This document shows positions 12,476 through 24,777 of a stretch of DNA of 64,000 nt, in pieces. Numbering within the stretch: the stretch's first letter is position 1; each line of letters begins with the position of its first letter. The stretch is from assembly GCF_044704955.1 (NCBI RefSeq), contig NC_092003.1, positions 7,192,001 through 7,256,000 on the forward strand, given 5' to 3'. A program made the position numbers and the translations under genes. The stretch is from Pristiophorus japonicus. Lineage: Eukaryota. Below the pieces are notes generated by a model. That model searched no databases and was not told the DNA's origin. It worked only from the letters and a program-made list of their open reading frames with translations.

Positions 12476-12827
12476 CACGAGTTAGGGAAATGGGTCCTTA
12501 TCCACCGGCAGGTCCTCCTCCCACTCTGCAGGGGGCGCAGTACCCAGGCTCCAGGGCGGCCTGTGACACCTGGTAGAAGTTGTTCAGGCCTCGTCCACGG
12601 CCCCCTGACACACGACTCTCCCCAATATTCATTTCAAGGCCGGTTTCTAACTCGGGCTTCTGTTTCCCGCTTGGATCCTGATCTCGAAGGCTCAGGCTGT
12701 GAGTATCTTTGGCCGCGGGACTAACCCTCGCCTCTGCTCACCCACCTTCAACATGGTTTCCGGGGTCTCGCCCATCGCTCCGCGCATCGGGAATAAATCC
12801 ACGCACACTCTCCCCTCCGGACCCCGC

Positions 12828-15130
12828 CTGCTCCCGATCACGGCCCAGTGACCCCTGGGTTAGGGAGAGGGGAGAATCAGCCAGGGTTCCTGCTCCCGAT
12901 CACTGCCCAGTGACCCTCTGGGTTAGAGAGAGAGGGGAGTATCAGCCAGGGTTCCTGCTCCCGATCACTGCCCAGTGACCCCCTGGGTTAGGGAGAGGGG
13001 AGAATCAGCCAGGGTTCCTGCTCCCGATCACTGCCCAGTGACCCCCTGGGTTAGGGAGAGGGGAGAATCAGCCAGAGTTCCTGCTCCTGATCACTGCCCA
13101 GTGACCCCTGGGTTAGGGAGAGGGGAGAATCAGCCAGGGTTCCTGCTCCCGATCACTGCCCTGTGACCCCCTGGGTTCGGGAGAGAGGGGAGAATCAGCC
13201 AGTGTTCCTGCTCCCGATCACTGCCCAGTGACCCCCTGGGTTAGGGAGAGAGGGGAGAATCAGCCAGGGTTCCTGCTCCCGATCACTGTCCAGTGACCCC
13301 TGGGTTCGGGAGAGAGAGAGAATCAGCCAGGGGTCCTGCTCACGATCACTGCCCAGTGACCCCCTGGGTTAGGGAGAGGGGGGAATCAGCCAGGGTTCCT
13401 GCTCCCGATCACTGCCCAGTGACCCCTGGGTTAGGGAGAGGGGAGAATCAGCCAGGGTTCCTGCTCCCGATCACTGCCCAGTGACCCCCTGGGTTAGGGA
13501 GAGGGGAGAACCAGCCAGGGGTTCCTGCTCCCGATCACTGCCCAGTGACCCCCTGGGTTAGGGAGAGGGGAGAACCAGCCAGGGGTCCTGCTCCAGATCA
13601 CTGCCCAGTGACCCCCTGGGTTAGGGAGAGGGGAGAATCAGCCAGGGTTCCTGCTCCCGATCACTGTCCAGTGACCCCTGGGTTCGGGAGAGAGAGAGAA
13701 TCAGCCAGGGGTCCTGCTCCCGATCACTGCCCAGTGACCCCCTGGGTTAGGGAGAGGGGGGAATCAGCCAGGGTTCCTGCTCCCGATCACTGCCCAGTGA
13801 CCCCTGGGTTAGGGAGAGGGGAGAATCAGCCAGGGTTCCTGCTCCCGATCACTGCCCAGTGACCCCTGAGTTAGGGAGAGGGTGGAATCAGCCAGGGTTC
13901 CTGCCCCCGATCACTGCCCAGTGACCCCTGGGTTAGGGAGAGGGGAGAATCAGCCAGGGTTCCTGCCCCCGATCACTGCCCAGTGACCCCTGGGTTAGGG
14001 AGAGGGGAGAATCAGCCAGGGTTCCTGCTCCCGATCACTGCCCAGTGACCCCTGGGTTAGGGAGAGGGGAGAATCAGCCAGGGTTCCTGCTCCCGATCAC
14101 TGCCCAGTGACCCCCTGGGTTAGGGAGAGGGGGAGAATCAGCCAGGGTTCCTGCTCCCGATCACTGCCCAGTGACCCCCTGGGTTAGGGAGAGGGGAGAA
14201 TCAGCCAGGGTTCCTGCTCCCGATCACTGCCCAGTGACTCCCTGGGTTAGGGAGAGGGGAGAATCAGCCAGGGTTCCTGCTCCCGATCACTGCCCAGTGA
14301 CCCCTGTGTTCGGGAGAGAGAGAGAATCAGCCAGGGTTCCTGCTCCCGATCACTGCCCAGTGACCCCCTGGGTTAGGGAGAGAGTGAGAATCAGCCAGGG
14401 TTCCTGCTCCCGATCACTGCCCAGTGACCCCCTGGGTTAGGGAGAGAGTGAGAATCAGCCAGGGTTCCTGCTCCCGATCACTGCCTAGTGACCCTCTGGG
14501 TTAGAGAGAGGGGAGAATCAGCCAGGGTTCCTGCTCCCGATCACTGCCCAGTGACCCCCTGGGTTAGGGAGAGGGGAGAATCAGCCAAGGTTCCTGCTCC
14601 CGATCACTGCCCAGTGACCCCCTGGGTTAGGGAGAGGGGAGAATCAGCCAGGGTTCCTGCTCCTGATCACTGCTCAGTGACCCCTGGGTTAGGGAGAGGG
14701 GACAATCAGCCAGGGTTCCTGCTCCCGATCACTGCCCAGTGACCCCCTGTGTTAGGGAGAGAGGAGAATCAGCCAGGGTTCCTGCTCCCGATCACTGCCC
14801 AGTGACCCCTGGGTTAGGGAGAGGGGAGAATCAGCCAGGGTTCCTGCTCCCGATCACTGCCCAGTGACCCCCTGGGTTAGGGAGAGAGGAGAATCAGCCA
14901 GGGTTCCTGCTCCCGATCACTGCCCAGTGACCCCTGGGTTAGGGAGAGGGGAGAATCAGCCAGGGTTCCTGCTCCTGATCACTGCCCAGTGACCCCTGGG
15001 TTAGGGAGAGGGGGGAGAATCAGCCAGGGTTCCTGCTCCCGATCACTGCCCAGTGACCCCCTGGGTTAGGGAGAGGGGAGAATCAGCCAGGGTTCCTGCT
15101 CCTGATCACTGCTCAGTGACCCCTTGGGTT
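12828..15130. repeat. 62-63-bp minisatellite containing TTAGGG
   Basis: Unit gtgaccccctgggttagggagaggggagaatcagccagggttcctgctcccgatcactgccca, about 36 copies. Confidence 0.95.
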
Positions 15131-16605
15131 GAAACACACAAAATTCTTTCAGGGCTTGACGGTAGATGCAGGGAGGGTGTTTCCCCCCCGGGCTGGGGAA
15201 TCTAGAACCAGGGGTCACACAGTCTCAGGATAAGGGGTCAGCCATTTAGGACTGAGATGAGGAGAAATTTCTTCACTCAGAGGGGGGTGAATGTTTGGAA
15301 TTCTCTGCCCCAGAGGGCTGTGGAGCCTCAGTCGTTGAGTGTATTCAAGGCTGAGATCGATAGGTTGTTGAACTATCGGGGAGTCAAGGATTATGGGGAG
15401 CGGGCAGGAAAGTGGAGTTGAGGCCAAGATCTTATTGAATGGCGGAGCAGGCCCGAGGGGCCGAATGGCCGACTCCTGCTGCTAATTCTTAAAAAGCTCA
15501 CACGGTTGGGGGTAATATATTAGCATGGATCGAGGATTGGCTAACTAACAGAAAACAGAGAGTCGGGATAAATGGTTCATTCTCGGGTTGGCAACCAGTA
15601 ACTAGTGGGGTGCCGCAGGGATCAGTGCTGGGACCCCAACTATTTACAATCTATATTAACGACTTGGAGGAAGGGACTGAGTGTAACGTAGCCCAGTTTA
15701 CTGATGATACAAAGATGGTAGGAAAAGCAATGTGTGAGGAGGACACAAAAAATCTGCCAAAGGACATAGACAGGCTAAGTGAGTGGGCAAAAATTTGGCA
15801 GATGGAGTATAATGTCGGAAAGTGTGAGGTCATGCACTTTGGCAGAAAAAAAATCAAAGAGCGAGTTATTATTTAAATGGAGAGAGATTGCAAAGTGCCG
15901 CAGTACAGCGGGACCTGGGGGTACTTGTGCATGAAACACAAAAGGATAGTATGCAGGTACAGCAAGTGATCAGGAAGGCCAATGGTATCTTGGCCTTTAT
16001 TGCAAAGGGGGATGGCGTATAAAAGCAGGGAAGTCTTGCTCCAGTTATACAGGGTATTGGTGAGGCCACACCTGGAGTACTGCGTGCAGTTTTGGTCTCC
16101 ATATTTACGAAAGGATATACTTGCTTTGGAGGCAGTTCAGAGAAGGTTCACTCGGTTGATTCCGGAGATGAGGGGGTTGACTTATGAGGAAAGGTTGAGG
16201 AGGTTGGGCCTCTACTCATTGGAATTCAGAAGAATGAGAGGTGATCTTATCGAAACGTATCAGATTATGAGGGGGGCTTGACAAGGTGGATGCAGAGAGG
16301 ATGTTTCCACTGATGGGGGAGACTAGAACTAGGGGGCACGGTCTTAGAATAAGGGGCCGCCCATTTAAAACTGAGATGAGGAGAAATTTCTTCTCTCAGA
16401 GGGTTGTAAATCTGTGGAATTTGCTGCCTCAGAGAGCTGTGGAGGCTGGGACATTGAATACATTTAAGACAGAAATAGACAGTTTCTTAACCGATAAGGG
16501 GAGCGGGCGGGGAAGTGGAGCTGAGTCCATGATCGGATCAGCCATTGAGTGGCGGAGCAGGCTCGAGGGGCCGAATGGCCGACTCCTGCTCCTGTTTCTG
16601 ATGTA
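15130..16605 (+). mobile_element. CR1 3' fragments (two copies)
   Basis: [23 protein letters not shown] and RRNFFSQRVV peptides with frameshifts, plus CR1 3' UTR. Confidence 0.9.
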
Positions 16606-16691
16606 ATTCTCCAGTTAACGGCTCCTTTGTTCCCTTCCTTCCCCCCCCCCCCCCCCCCACCCCCGGCAGGGACTGAGGAACAAAGGCGGCG

Positions 16692-17873
16692 ATGAAAGTG
16701 ACGCGACAGAGGTGGCTCCTGTGGGCGGGCTGTGCCTTCGCGGCTAACCTGCTGGCCTCCTGGGCCCTGTGGACAAAGTGGGCCAGGGGCCGGGCAACGA
16801 GTGCCGGGCCCACCGGGGGCTTCTGGAAACCGCCGTGCCCGCTGCAGTCGCTGTGGAACCAGGAACAGCACCGCCTCGACCAGCTGCCCTCCTCCTCCTC
16901 CTCCTCCTCCTCCTCCTCCGCCTCCTGGGACCCCGCCGGCGGCAGCTGCCGGCCTGACCTGGAGGTGCCCGGCCGCTTCGTGGACTTTGCCCGCCTGCCC
17001 CGGCAGATGCAGGACTTCCTGGTGTACCGACGCTGCCGGGCCTACCCGCTGCTGCTGGAGCCGGCGGCCCTGTGCCAGGGCGGGCCGCCCGTGGTGCTGC
17101 TGCTGGCCGTCAAGAGCCAGGCCTCCAGCTTTGCCCGGCGCCAGGCCGTCCGGCAGACCTGGGGGGGGCTGGGCCGGGCCTCGGGCACCCGGCTGGTCTT
17201 CCTGCTGGGCCGGCAGGAGGGCTCGGCGGCCGGCGACGGCCACCCGGACCTGTCCTGGCTGCTGGGCAGCGAGAGCCGCCGCCACTCGGACCTGCTGCAG
17301 TGGGACTTCCGCGACACCTTCCTCAACCTGACGCTGAAGGAGGTGCTCTTCCTGCCCTGGCTGGCCGCCCACTGCCCCGGCGCCCGCTACGTCTTCAAGG
17401 GCGACGACGACGTCTTCGTCAACACCCGGGCCCTGCTGGGCTTCCTGGGGGCGCTGGGCCCCTCCGCCGCCCGCCGCTCCGACCTCTTCCTGGGCGACGC
17501 CATCCTGGACGCCACGCCGGCCCGCGACCCCGCCCTCAAGTACTACGTGCCCGGGGCCTTCTACCGCGGGCACTACCCGCCCTACGCTGGCGGGGCCGGG
17601 GTGGTGTTCTCGGGCGGCCTGGCCCCCCGCCTGGCCCGGGCCGCCCAGCGGGTGCCCCTCTTCCCCATCGACGACGTCTTCACCGGCATGTGCCTGCGGC
17701 GGCTGGGCCTGGCCCCGCGCTGCCACCCTGGCTTCCGCAGCTTCGGCATCAACGAGACCGAGCGCTGGGAGCCCTGCGCCTACCGCCGGCTGGTCATGGT
17801 GCACCGGCGCAGCCCGCAGGAGATCGTCCGTCTCTGGCGGCTGCTGCAGCGGCCCAACGTCACCTGCGCGTGA
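16692..17873 (+). CDS. Beta-1,3-N-acetylglucosaminyltransferase, B3GNT2-like (GT31/Galactosyl_T), 393 aa
   Basis: N-terminal TM anchor and motifs LLLAVKS, RRQAVRQTWG, VFLLG, HPDLS, DTFLNLTLKEVLFL, VFKGDDDVFVN (DxD), YPPYAGG and PIDDVFTGMCL. Strong GC3 bias, splice acceptor at 16669 just before the ATG, AATAAA at 19049. Confidence 0.95.
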   Translation: MKVTRQRWLLWAGCAFAANLLASWALWTKWARGRATSAGPTGGFWKPPCPLQSLWNQEQHRLDQLPSSSSSSSSSSASWDPAGGSCRPDLEVPGRFVDFARLPRQMQDFLVYRRCRAYPLLLEPAALCQGGPPVVLLLAVKSQASSFARRQAVRQTWGGLGRASGTRLVFLLGRQEGSAAGDGHPDLSWLLGSESRRHSDLLQWDFRDTFLNLTLKEVLFLPWLAAHCPGARYVFKGDDDVFVNTRALLGFLGALGPSAARRSDLFLGDAILDATPARDPALKYYVPGAFYRGHYPPYAGGAGVVFSGGLAPRLARAAQRVPLFPIDDVFTGMCLRRLGLAPRCHPGFRSFGINETERWEPCAYRRLVMVHRRSPQEIVRLWRLLQRPNVTCA

Positions 17874-17919
17874 GGGCGGGGGGGGCACCCTGGCACACAC
17901 AGCCCTGTACACTGTGTGG

Positions 17920-18835
17920 TACGCAGGGCAGAGTTCGCAGGGCAGAGTTCACAGGACGTAGTTCGCAGGGCAGAGTTCACAGGGTTGCAGTTCACAGGGC
18001 AGAGTTCGCAGGGTGCAGTTCACAGGGCAGAGTTCGCAGGGTGTAGTTCACAGGGCAGAGTGTATAGAGCATTGTGCACTGCAGTACACAGTGCAGAGTT
18101 CGCAGGGCAGAGTTCACAGGACGTCGTTCACAGGGCAGAGTTCACAGGGTGTAGTTCGCAGGGCGTAGTTCACAGAGCATTGTACACTGCAGTACACAGT
18201 GCAGAGTTCACAGGGCAGAGTTCACCAGGCAGAGTTCACAGGCTGTAGTTCACAGGGTGCAGTTCACAGGGCAGAGTGTACAGAGCATTGTACACTGCAG
18301 TGCAGAGTTCACAGGGCAGAGTTCACAGAGTGTAGTTCGCAGGGCGTAGTTCACAGGGCAGAGTTCACGGTGTAGTTTGCAGGGCATAGTTCACAGGGCA
18401 CAATTCACAGGGTGTCGTTCGCAGGGCAGAGTTCACAGGGTGTAGTTCGCAGGGCGTAGTTCACAGGGCAGAGTTCACGGTATAGTTTGCAGGGCGTAGT
18501 TCACAGGGCACAATTCACAGGGTGTCGTTCGCAGGGCAGAGTTCACAGGGTGTAGTTCGCAGGGCGTAGTTCACAGGGCAGAGTTCACGGTATAGTTTGC
18601 AGGGCGTAGTTCACAGGGCACAATTCACAGGGTGTCGTTCGCAGGGCAGAGTTCACGGTGTAGTTCGTAGTTCACAGGGCAGAGTTCAAGGGTATAGTGT
18701 ACAGAGCCTTGTATACTATGCAGTGCACAGTGCAGAGTTCACAGGGCCTTGCACACCTCAGTGGATGGGGCAGAGATCACGGTGTAGTTCGCAGGGTGTA
18801 GTCCACTGTGCAGTGCCCAGGGCAGAGTTCACAGG
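17920..18835. repeat. 14-bp-based repeat (gcagagttcacagg) in the probable B3GNT 3' UTR
   Basis: Dozens of agttca/agttcg-containing units between the stop codon and the AATAAA at 19049. Confidence 0.85.
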
Positions 18836-19607
18836 AGCAGGCACCCTGGTCCCGAGCTGACTGCTCATTGAGAGATTCCCTTCCATTGCGGAATCACAGC
18901 CCCAAACATCGGCCACTCAACCCCCCTGCCCGCTCCCCTGGCCCTCAGTCAATACTGTGCCCACAAATGTTACCCAGGGCTCTCTGTTTTTTTTAGTGTT
19001 TTTTGGATTCATTTTGTGTTCTTCTGTGCTCTTGTAAAGATCCGCGGAAATAAAGACTTTGTTGGACGAGTCACCTGTGTCGAAATTCAGTCTCCTCCTC
19101 CTCCTCCGTCCCTCCCCCTCCTCCTCCTCTCCCTCCCCTCCTCCCCCAAAGGCTCCGGCTACGATCAGGCACTTCTACGGCCGCCCTCCAGCACCCGGCC
19201 TCACCGGGCCATCTCTTCAGTAGGCTGAGCCCAGCCGCAGCGTTGGCGGAGGGGGAAATTCGGCAACGCGAGGCATCACAGCCAAGCCGGATCCTGTCTG
19301 TGCAGCAACAACTGTTCAACGCGGCTCAACAGATAGCAGCCAGTGCTCAAGGACCCATTCCCCCATCCTCCACCTCGATCTCTCCGGCACTATGGCCTAT
19401 TGCAGGCTGCACATTTTCAGGATAGTTGCTTTATCCGTGTGGCACACTACCACACCGGGTGCTGCATTTGCTCAGTCAGCCCTTAAGGGAGCAACCTTGC
19501 GTATTATTTCTGGTCACAGGGAAGGGAGAGAAAGTTGCGAGGGTCAGTTGTCGCAGGGGCAGCAATGTTACTGGACCCTCGAAGCCGATTGTGACATCTT
19601 CACCAGC

Positions 19608-20540
19608 ATCCCATCAAACACTCCCGGGGCAGGTACAGCACGGGGTTAGATACAGAGTAAAGCTCCCTCTACACTGTCCCATCAAACACTCCCAGGACAG
19701 GTACAGCACGGGGTTAGATACAGAGTAAAGCTCCCTCTACACTGTCCCATCAAACACTCCCAGGACAGGTACAGCACGGGGTTAGATACAGAGTAAAGCT
19801 CCCTCTACACTGTCCCATCAAACACTCCCAGGGCAGGTACAGGGGGTTAGATACAGAGTAAAACTCCCTCTACACTGTCCCATCAAACACTCCCGGGGCA
19901 GGTACAGGGGGTTAGATACAGAGTAAAGCTCCCTCTACACTGTCCCATCAAACACTCCCAGGGCAGGTACAGGGGGTTAGATACAGAGTAAAGCTCCCTC
20001 TACACTGTCCCATCAAACACTCCCAGGGCAGGTACAGGGGGTTAGATACAGAGTAAAGCTCCCTCTACACTGTCCCATCAAACACTCCCAGGGCAGGTAC
20101 AGGGGGTTAGATACAGAGTAAAGCTCCCTCTACACTGTCCCATCAAACACTCCCAGGGCAGGTACAGGGGGTTAGATACAGAGTAAAGCTCCCTCTACAC
20201 TGTCCCATCAAACACTCCCAGGGCAGGTACAGCACGGTTTAGATACAGAGTAAAGCTCCCTCTACACTGTCCCATCAAACACTCCCAGGGCAGGTACAGC
20301 ACGGTTTAGATACAGAGTAAAGCTCCCTCTACACTGTCCCATCAAACACTCCCAGGGCAGGTACAGCACGGGGTTAGATACAGAGTAAAGCTCCCTCTAC
20401 ACTGTCCCATCAAACACTCCCAGGGCAGGTACGGCACGGGGTTAGATACAGAGTAACGCTCCCTCTACACTGTCCCATCAAACACTCCCAGGGCAGGTAC
20501 AGCACGGGGTTAGATACAGAGTAAAGCTCCCTCTACACTG
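19608..20540. repeat. 65-68-bp minisatellite, array 1
   Basis: Unit cccatcaaacactcccagggcaggtacag(cac)ggggttagatacagagtaaagctccctctacactgt. Runs directly into a SINE head (ggagtgtcagcctggattttt...). Confidence 0.95.
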
Positions 20541-21004
20541 GGAGTGTCAGCCTGGATTTTTGTGCCCAAGTCTGTGGAGTAGGACTGGAACCCATAACCT
20601 TGTAAGAGAGAGAGACACCCACTGAGCCATGGCTGTATTAAAACTGTAAGCAGTATCTCTACCCTCGTAATAGAAAGAATCTCAAATAAAAGTTCATGAA
20701 CAAAAAATAATAAATTAAACATTTTTTTACGTTCAAACCACTTTAAATGTCAGAAGAGGAGTGGGATTAAATCCCTTTATCTGAACTACTTGGTCGAAAA
20801 CACACTCGGAGGAATGAAAGTGGAGACAGTCCGGGGGAATGAACTTTTGAGAACTTTGCAAAGGCTCGGTAACAAAAGCGAGGCGGCGCCTTTAAGAAGG
20901 GCTTCCCCGCTTGATGTAACAAATGAGGCGGCGCCGCTCATTGGCTGCGGGCGGCGGTTGCCGGGGTGACCCTGGCCGCGGTGAGTTACATTTTCCCGCG
21001 CAGC

Positions 21005-22045
21005 ATGTGGTGGCCGCACAGACAGGCGGTGCTGCTGAACCGTTGTGTGAAGCCCAGCCCCAGACACAAGACCATGCCCAATGGCAGGCATTGCCCGCAG
21101 CCCAAGGTGACCCACAGCCCTGTGCCCATTGCCGGGCATTGCCCGCAGCCCAAGGTGACCCACAGCCCTGTGCCCGCTGTCAGGCAGTGCCCACAGCCCA
21201 AGATGACCCACAGCCCTGTGCCTGCTGTCGGGCAGTGCCCACAGCCCAAGATGACCCACAGCCCTGTGCCTGCTGTCGGGCAGTGCCCACAGCCCAAGAT
21301 GACCCACAGCCCTGTGCCTGCTGTCGGGCAGTGCACCCGCCCCAAGGTGACTCAAAGCCCTGTGCCCGCTGTCAGGCAGTGCCCACAGCCCAAGATGACC
21401 CACAGCCCTGTACCCGCTATCAGGCAGTGCCCGCAGCCCAAGGTGACTCACAGCCCTGTGCCCGCTGTCGGGCAGTACACCAACCCCAAGGGGATCCACA
21501 ACCCTGTGCCCGCTGTCAGGCAGTGCCCACAGCCCAAGATGACTCACAGCCCTGTGCCCTTTGCCAGGCAGTGCCCGCACCCCAAGGTGACTCACAGCCC
21601 TGTGCCCGCTGTTGGGCAGTGCACCAACCCCAAGGTGACTCACAGCCCTGTGCCCGCTGTCGGGCAGTGTACCAACCCCAAGGGGATCCACAGCCCTGTG
21701 CCCGCTGTCGGGCAGTGCACCAACCCCAAGGTGACTCACAGCCCTGTGCCCATTGCCGGGCAGTGCCCGCACCCCAAGGTGACCCACAGCACCGTTCCCA
21801 ATGGCAGGCAGTGCCCGCGCCCCAAGGTGACTCACAGCCCTGTGCCCGCTGTCGGGCAGTACCCCCACCCCAGCCTGACCTTCAGCACCGTGCCCGCTGC
21901 CACGCAGTGTCCCCGCCCCAAGCCGCCCCCCAGCGCCGTGCACGAGCCCCACCCCCACCCCAGCTCCCACCGCACCCCCGCCCTGGCCTCCATGCACGCC
22001 GACCTGATGCGCTGCCTGCAATCCATGTTCGAGGTCGCCTTTCAG
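21005..22045 (+). CDS. TSGA10IP: TSGA10IP/FAM161-like gene, candidate coding exon 1 (16-aa tandem repeats)
   Basis: Open frame from ATG 21005 to a consensus donor cag|gtgagt at 22045 (phase 0). The phase chain continues to the exons at 24551 and 27257. CCAAT-containing CpG region lies just upstream. Start codon uncertain. Confidence 0.55.
21090..21870 (+). repeat. 48-bp coding-frame tandem repeat (PQPKVTHSPVPAVGQC)n
   Basis: About 16 units with no frame-breaking indels. Confidence 0.9.
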
Positions 22046-22209
22046 GTGAGTTTGAGCCGGAGCCCCCACCGTTGGCGTTTAACCAGAGGGGTAAACCCCC
22101 TCCCCAGGGGAGATAGGCAGGAAACTGAGGGTGTGTGTGGGGGGGGGGGGCTCAGCCCTCCTTACATGGCCCTGTTAACAGGATACATGTCCTGTCAGTG
22201 GGAAATTAC

Positions 22210-24405
22210 CCAGGATATACGGCCCAGAAACAGGCTGTTCGGCCCAACCAGTCCATGCCGGCGTTTATGCTCCACTCGAGCCTCCTCCCGTCTTTCCTCA
22301 TCTAACTCTATCAGCATAACCCTCTATTCCCTTCCCCCTCATGTATTTGTCCAGCCTCCCCTTAAATGCATCGATACTATTCACCTCAAGCCCTCCCTGT
22401 GGCAGCGAGTTCCACATTCTCACCCCGCTGCTCTGGGTAAAGAAGTTTCTCCTGAATTCCCCATTGGATTTCTGGGTGACGATCTTATATTGATGGCCTC
22501 CAGTTATGCTCTTCCCGACAAGTGGAAACACTCTCTCTGTATCCGCTCTATCAAAACCTTTCATCATTTTAAAGACCTCTATTAGGTCACCCCTCAGCCT
22601 TCTCTTTTCAAGCGAACAGAGACCCAGCCTGTTCATCCTTTCGTCACAGTTCTGGTATCATCCTTGTAAATCTTCTCTGCACCCTCTCTGGTGCCTCTAT
22701 ATCCTTTTTATAATATGACCAGAACTGTACGCAGTGCTCCAAGTGTGGTCTAACCAAGGATCCATCATCATCATCATAGGTAGTCCCTCGGAATCGAGGA
22801 AGATTTGCTTCCGCTCTTAACATGAGTCCTTAGGTGGCTGAACAGTCCAATACGGGAACCACAGTCCCTGTCACTGGTGGGACAGACAGTGGTTGAGGGA
22901 AGGGGAGGGTGGGACTGGTTTGCCGCACGCTCCTTCCGCTGCCTGCGCTTGGTTTCTGCACGCTCTCGGCGACGAGACTCGAGGTGCTCAGCGCCCTCCC
23001 GGATGCACTTCCTCCACTTAGGGCGGACTGGTCTTTGGCCAGGTGTCAGTGGGGATGTTGCACTTTATCAGGGAGACTTTGAGGGTGTCCCTGTAACGTT
23101 TCCTCTGCCCACCCTTGGCTCGTTTGCCGTGAAGGAGTTCCGAGTAGAGCGCTTGCTTTGGGAGTCTCCTGTCGAACAAGGTTCGATACAAGTTTAGCAT
23201 AAGCTTTCTGATTTTCAATTCTATCCCTCTGAAAATAAACCCTACTTCTTGGTTTGCCTTTTTTATGGTCTTGTTAACCCATGTGGCAATGTTTAGTGAT
23301 TTGTGTATTTGTATCCGAGATCCCTTCGTTCCTCGACCCCATTTAGATTCTTATTTTCAAAATAATAAGTGACTTCCTTATTTTCTTGCCAAAATGTAAT
23401 ACCTCACACTTATCAGTGTTGGAATTCATTTGCCAATTATACTCCCACTCTGCAAGCTTAATAATATCGTCTTGTAATTTGTTGCAGTCCTCCTAAGTAT
23501 GGACTATACCCCTGACCCCAATTTTTGTGTCAACTGCAAATTTAGAAATTGTGTTTTTCATTCCAAATTCTAAATCGTTAATATGAATTGTGAACAGTGG
23601 TCCCAGCACTGATCCTTGTGGAACACATTACCCACCTTCTGCCTCTGTGAATAGCAACCCTTTACCCCAACTCTCTGCTTTCTGTCTTGAAGCCAGCTAG
23701 CGATCCGTTCTGCTACGCCACAACTCTCTGACCTTGTTCATCCGCCTATAATGGGGTACCTTATCGAAGGCCTTTAGGAAATCTAGACTTATTCCCCTGA
23801 ACAGAGGGCTCAATAACCAGGGGGTTATTGGGGGGAGGTTTAGAGGGGATTTGAGGGGAAATGTTTTCACCCAGAGGGTGGTGGGGGTCTGGGGCGGAAC
23901 TCACTGCCTGAAAGGGTGGTAGAGGCAGAAACCCTCACCACATCTAAACAGTACTTGGGATGTGCGCTTGTAACCGACAGGGCTACGGACCGAGAGCTGG
24001 AAAGTGGGATTAGGCTGGGTAGCTCTTGGTCGGCCGGCGTGGACACGATGGGCTGAAATGGCCTCCTTCCGTGCTGTGAATTTATATGATTCTATGATAT
24101 CACAGTATTAATGGATGCCTGCATGAATCCCTTCCCACACATGGAGTTGGTGAACAATCTCTCCCCAGTGTGAATCGGCAAGTTGGAAAGTCTAATCAGA
24201 TCAGGGCAAAGAAAGGGGTTTGTCTGTTATTAACCACAATATAAAGTTAAACCAGAGTAATAGAATCGTTTCAATTATAACGTATGATGTTTATATGGGG
24301 ATCGGGCGGGAAAGTGGAGTTGAGGTCAAAGATCAGCCGTGATCTCATTGAATGGTGGAGCAGGCTCGAGGGGCCGAATGGCCGACTCCTGCACCTAATT
24401 CTTAT
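22210..24405. mobile_element. Nest of CR1 fragments with an RTE 3' fragment (22765-23170, minus)
   Basis: CR1 RT peptides on both strands. RTE tail catcatcataggtagtccctcggaatcgagg and peptide RLPKQALYSELLHGKRAKGGQRKRY. Confidence 0.8.
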
Positions 24406-24550
24406 GTCTGATGGGATATCACTATTAATGGGATATAACTGTGTTAGTGGGATACACATCCTCTTTAATGGCAGGTATCATTCGTCTCTAACTCATGCAG
24501 TATCTGCGACACAAGGTCCCTCCCGTTTGTTACTGTCCATCTTTTCATAG

Positions 24551-24675
24551 TCGCCTGGGGAGGACGAGGAAATCAAGTACAGTGTCTCACCTGTGGCCAT
24601 CTGTGAGAATCCAGGCAGTCACCCGCCTTGCGTTCACAGAGACAGTGAAGAGGCACCGATCACCAGCCATCACCG
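24551..24675 (+). CDS. TSGA10IP: TSGA10IP-like candidate exon 2
   Basis: ttttcatag| acceptor and cg|gtaagt donor. Encodes SPGEDEEIKYSVSPVAICENPGSHPPCVHRDSEEAPITSHH; phases 0 to 2 fit both neighbours. Confidence 0.65.
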
Positions 24676-24777
24676 GTAAGTAAATAGGTGGAAAGGAGGG
24701 ATCCATCACACAGCTCGGGCAGAGCAGAGGGGGTGCCGGTGCTTACAATCTAACCGACCGGCTCAGGGAGAACGAAA

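Noticed and set aside
12850-15130. Interstitial telomere
   Set aside because: Only one TTAGGG per 63-bp unit, not tandem hexamers.
16464-17912. 482-aa antisense ORF and 324-aa alternative-frame ORF over the B3GNT gene
   Set aside because: Shadow ORFs from extreme GC3 bias.
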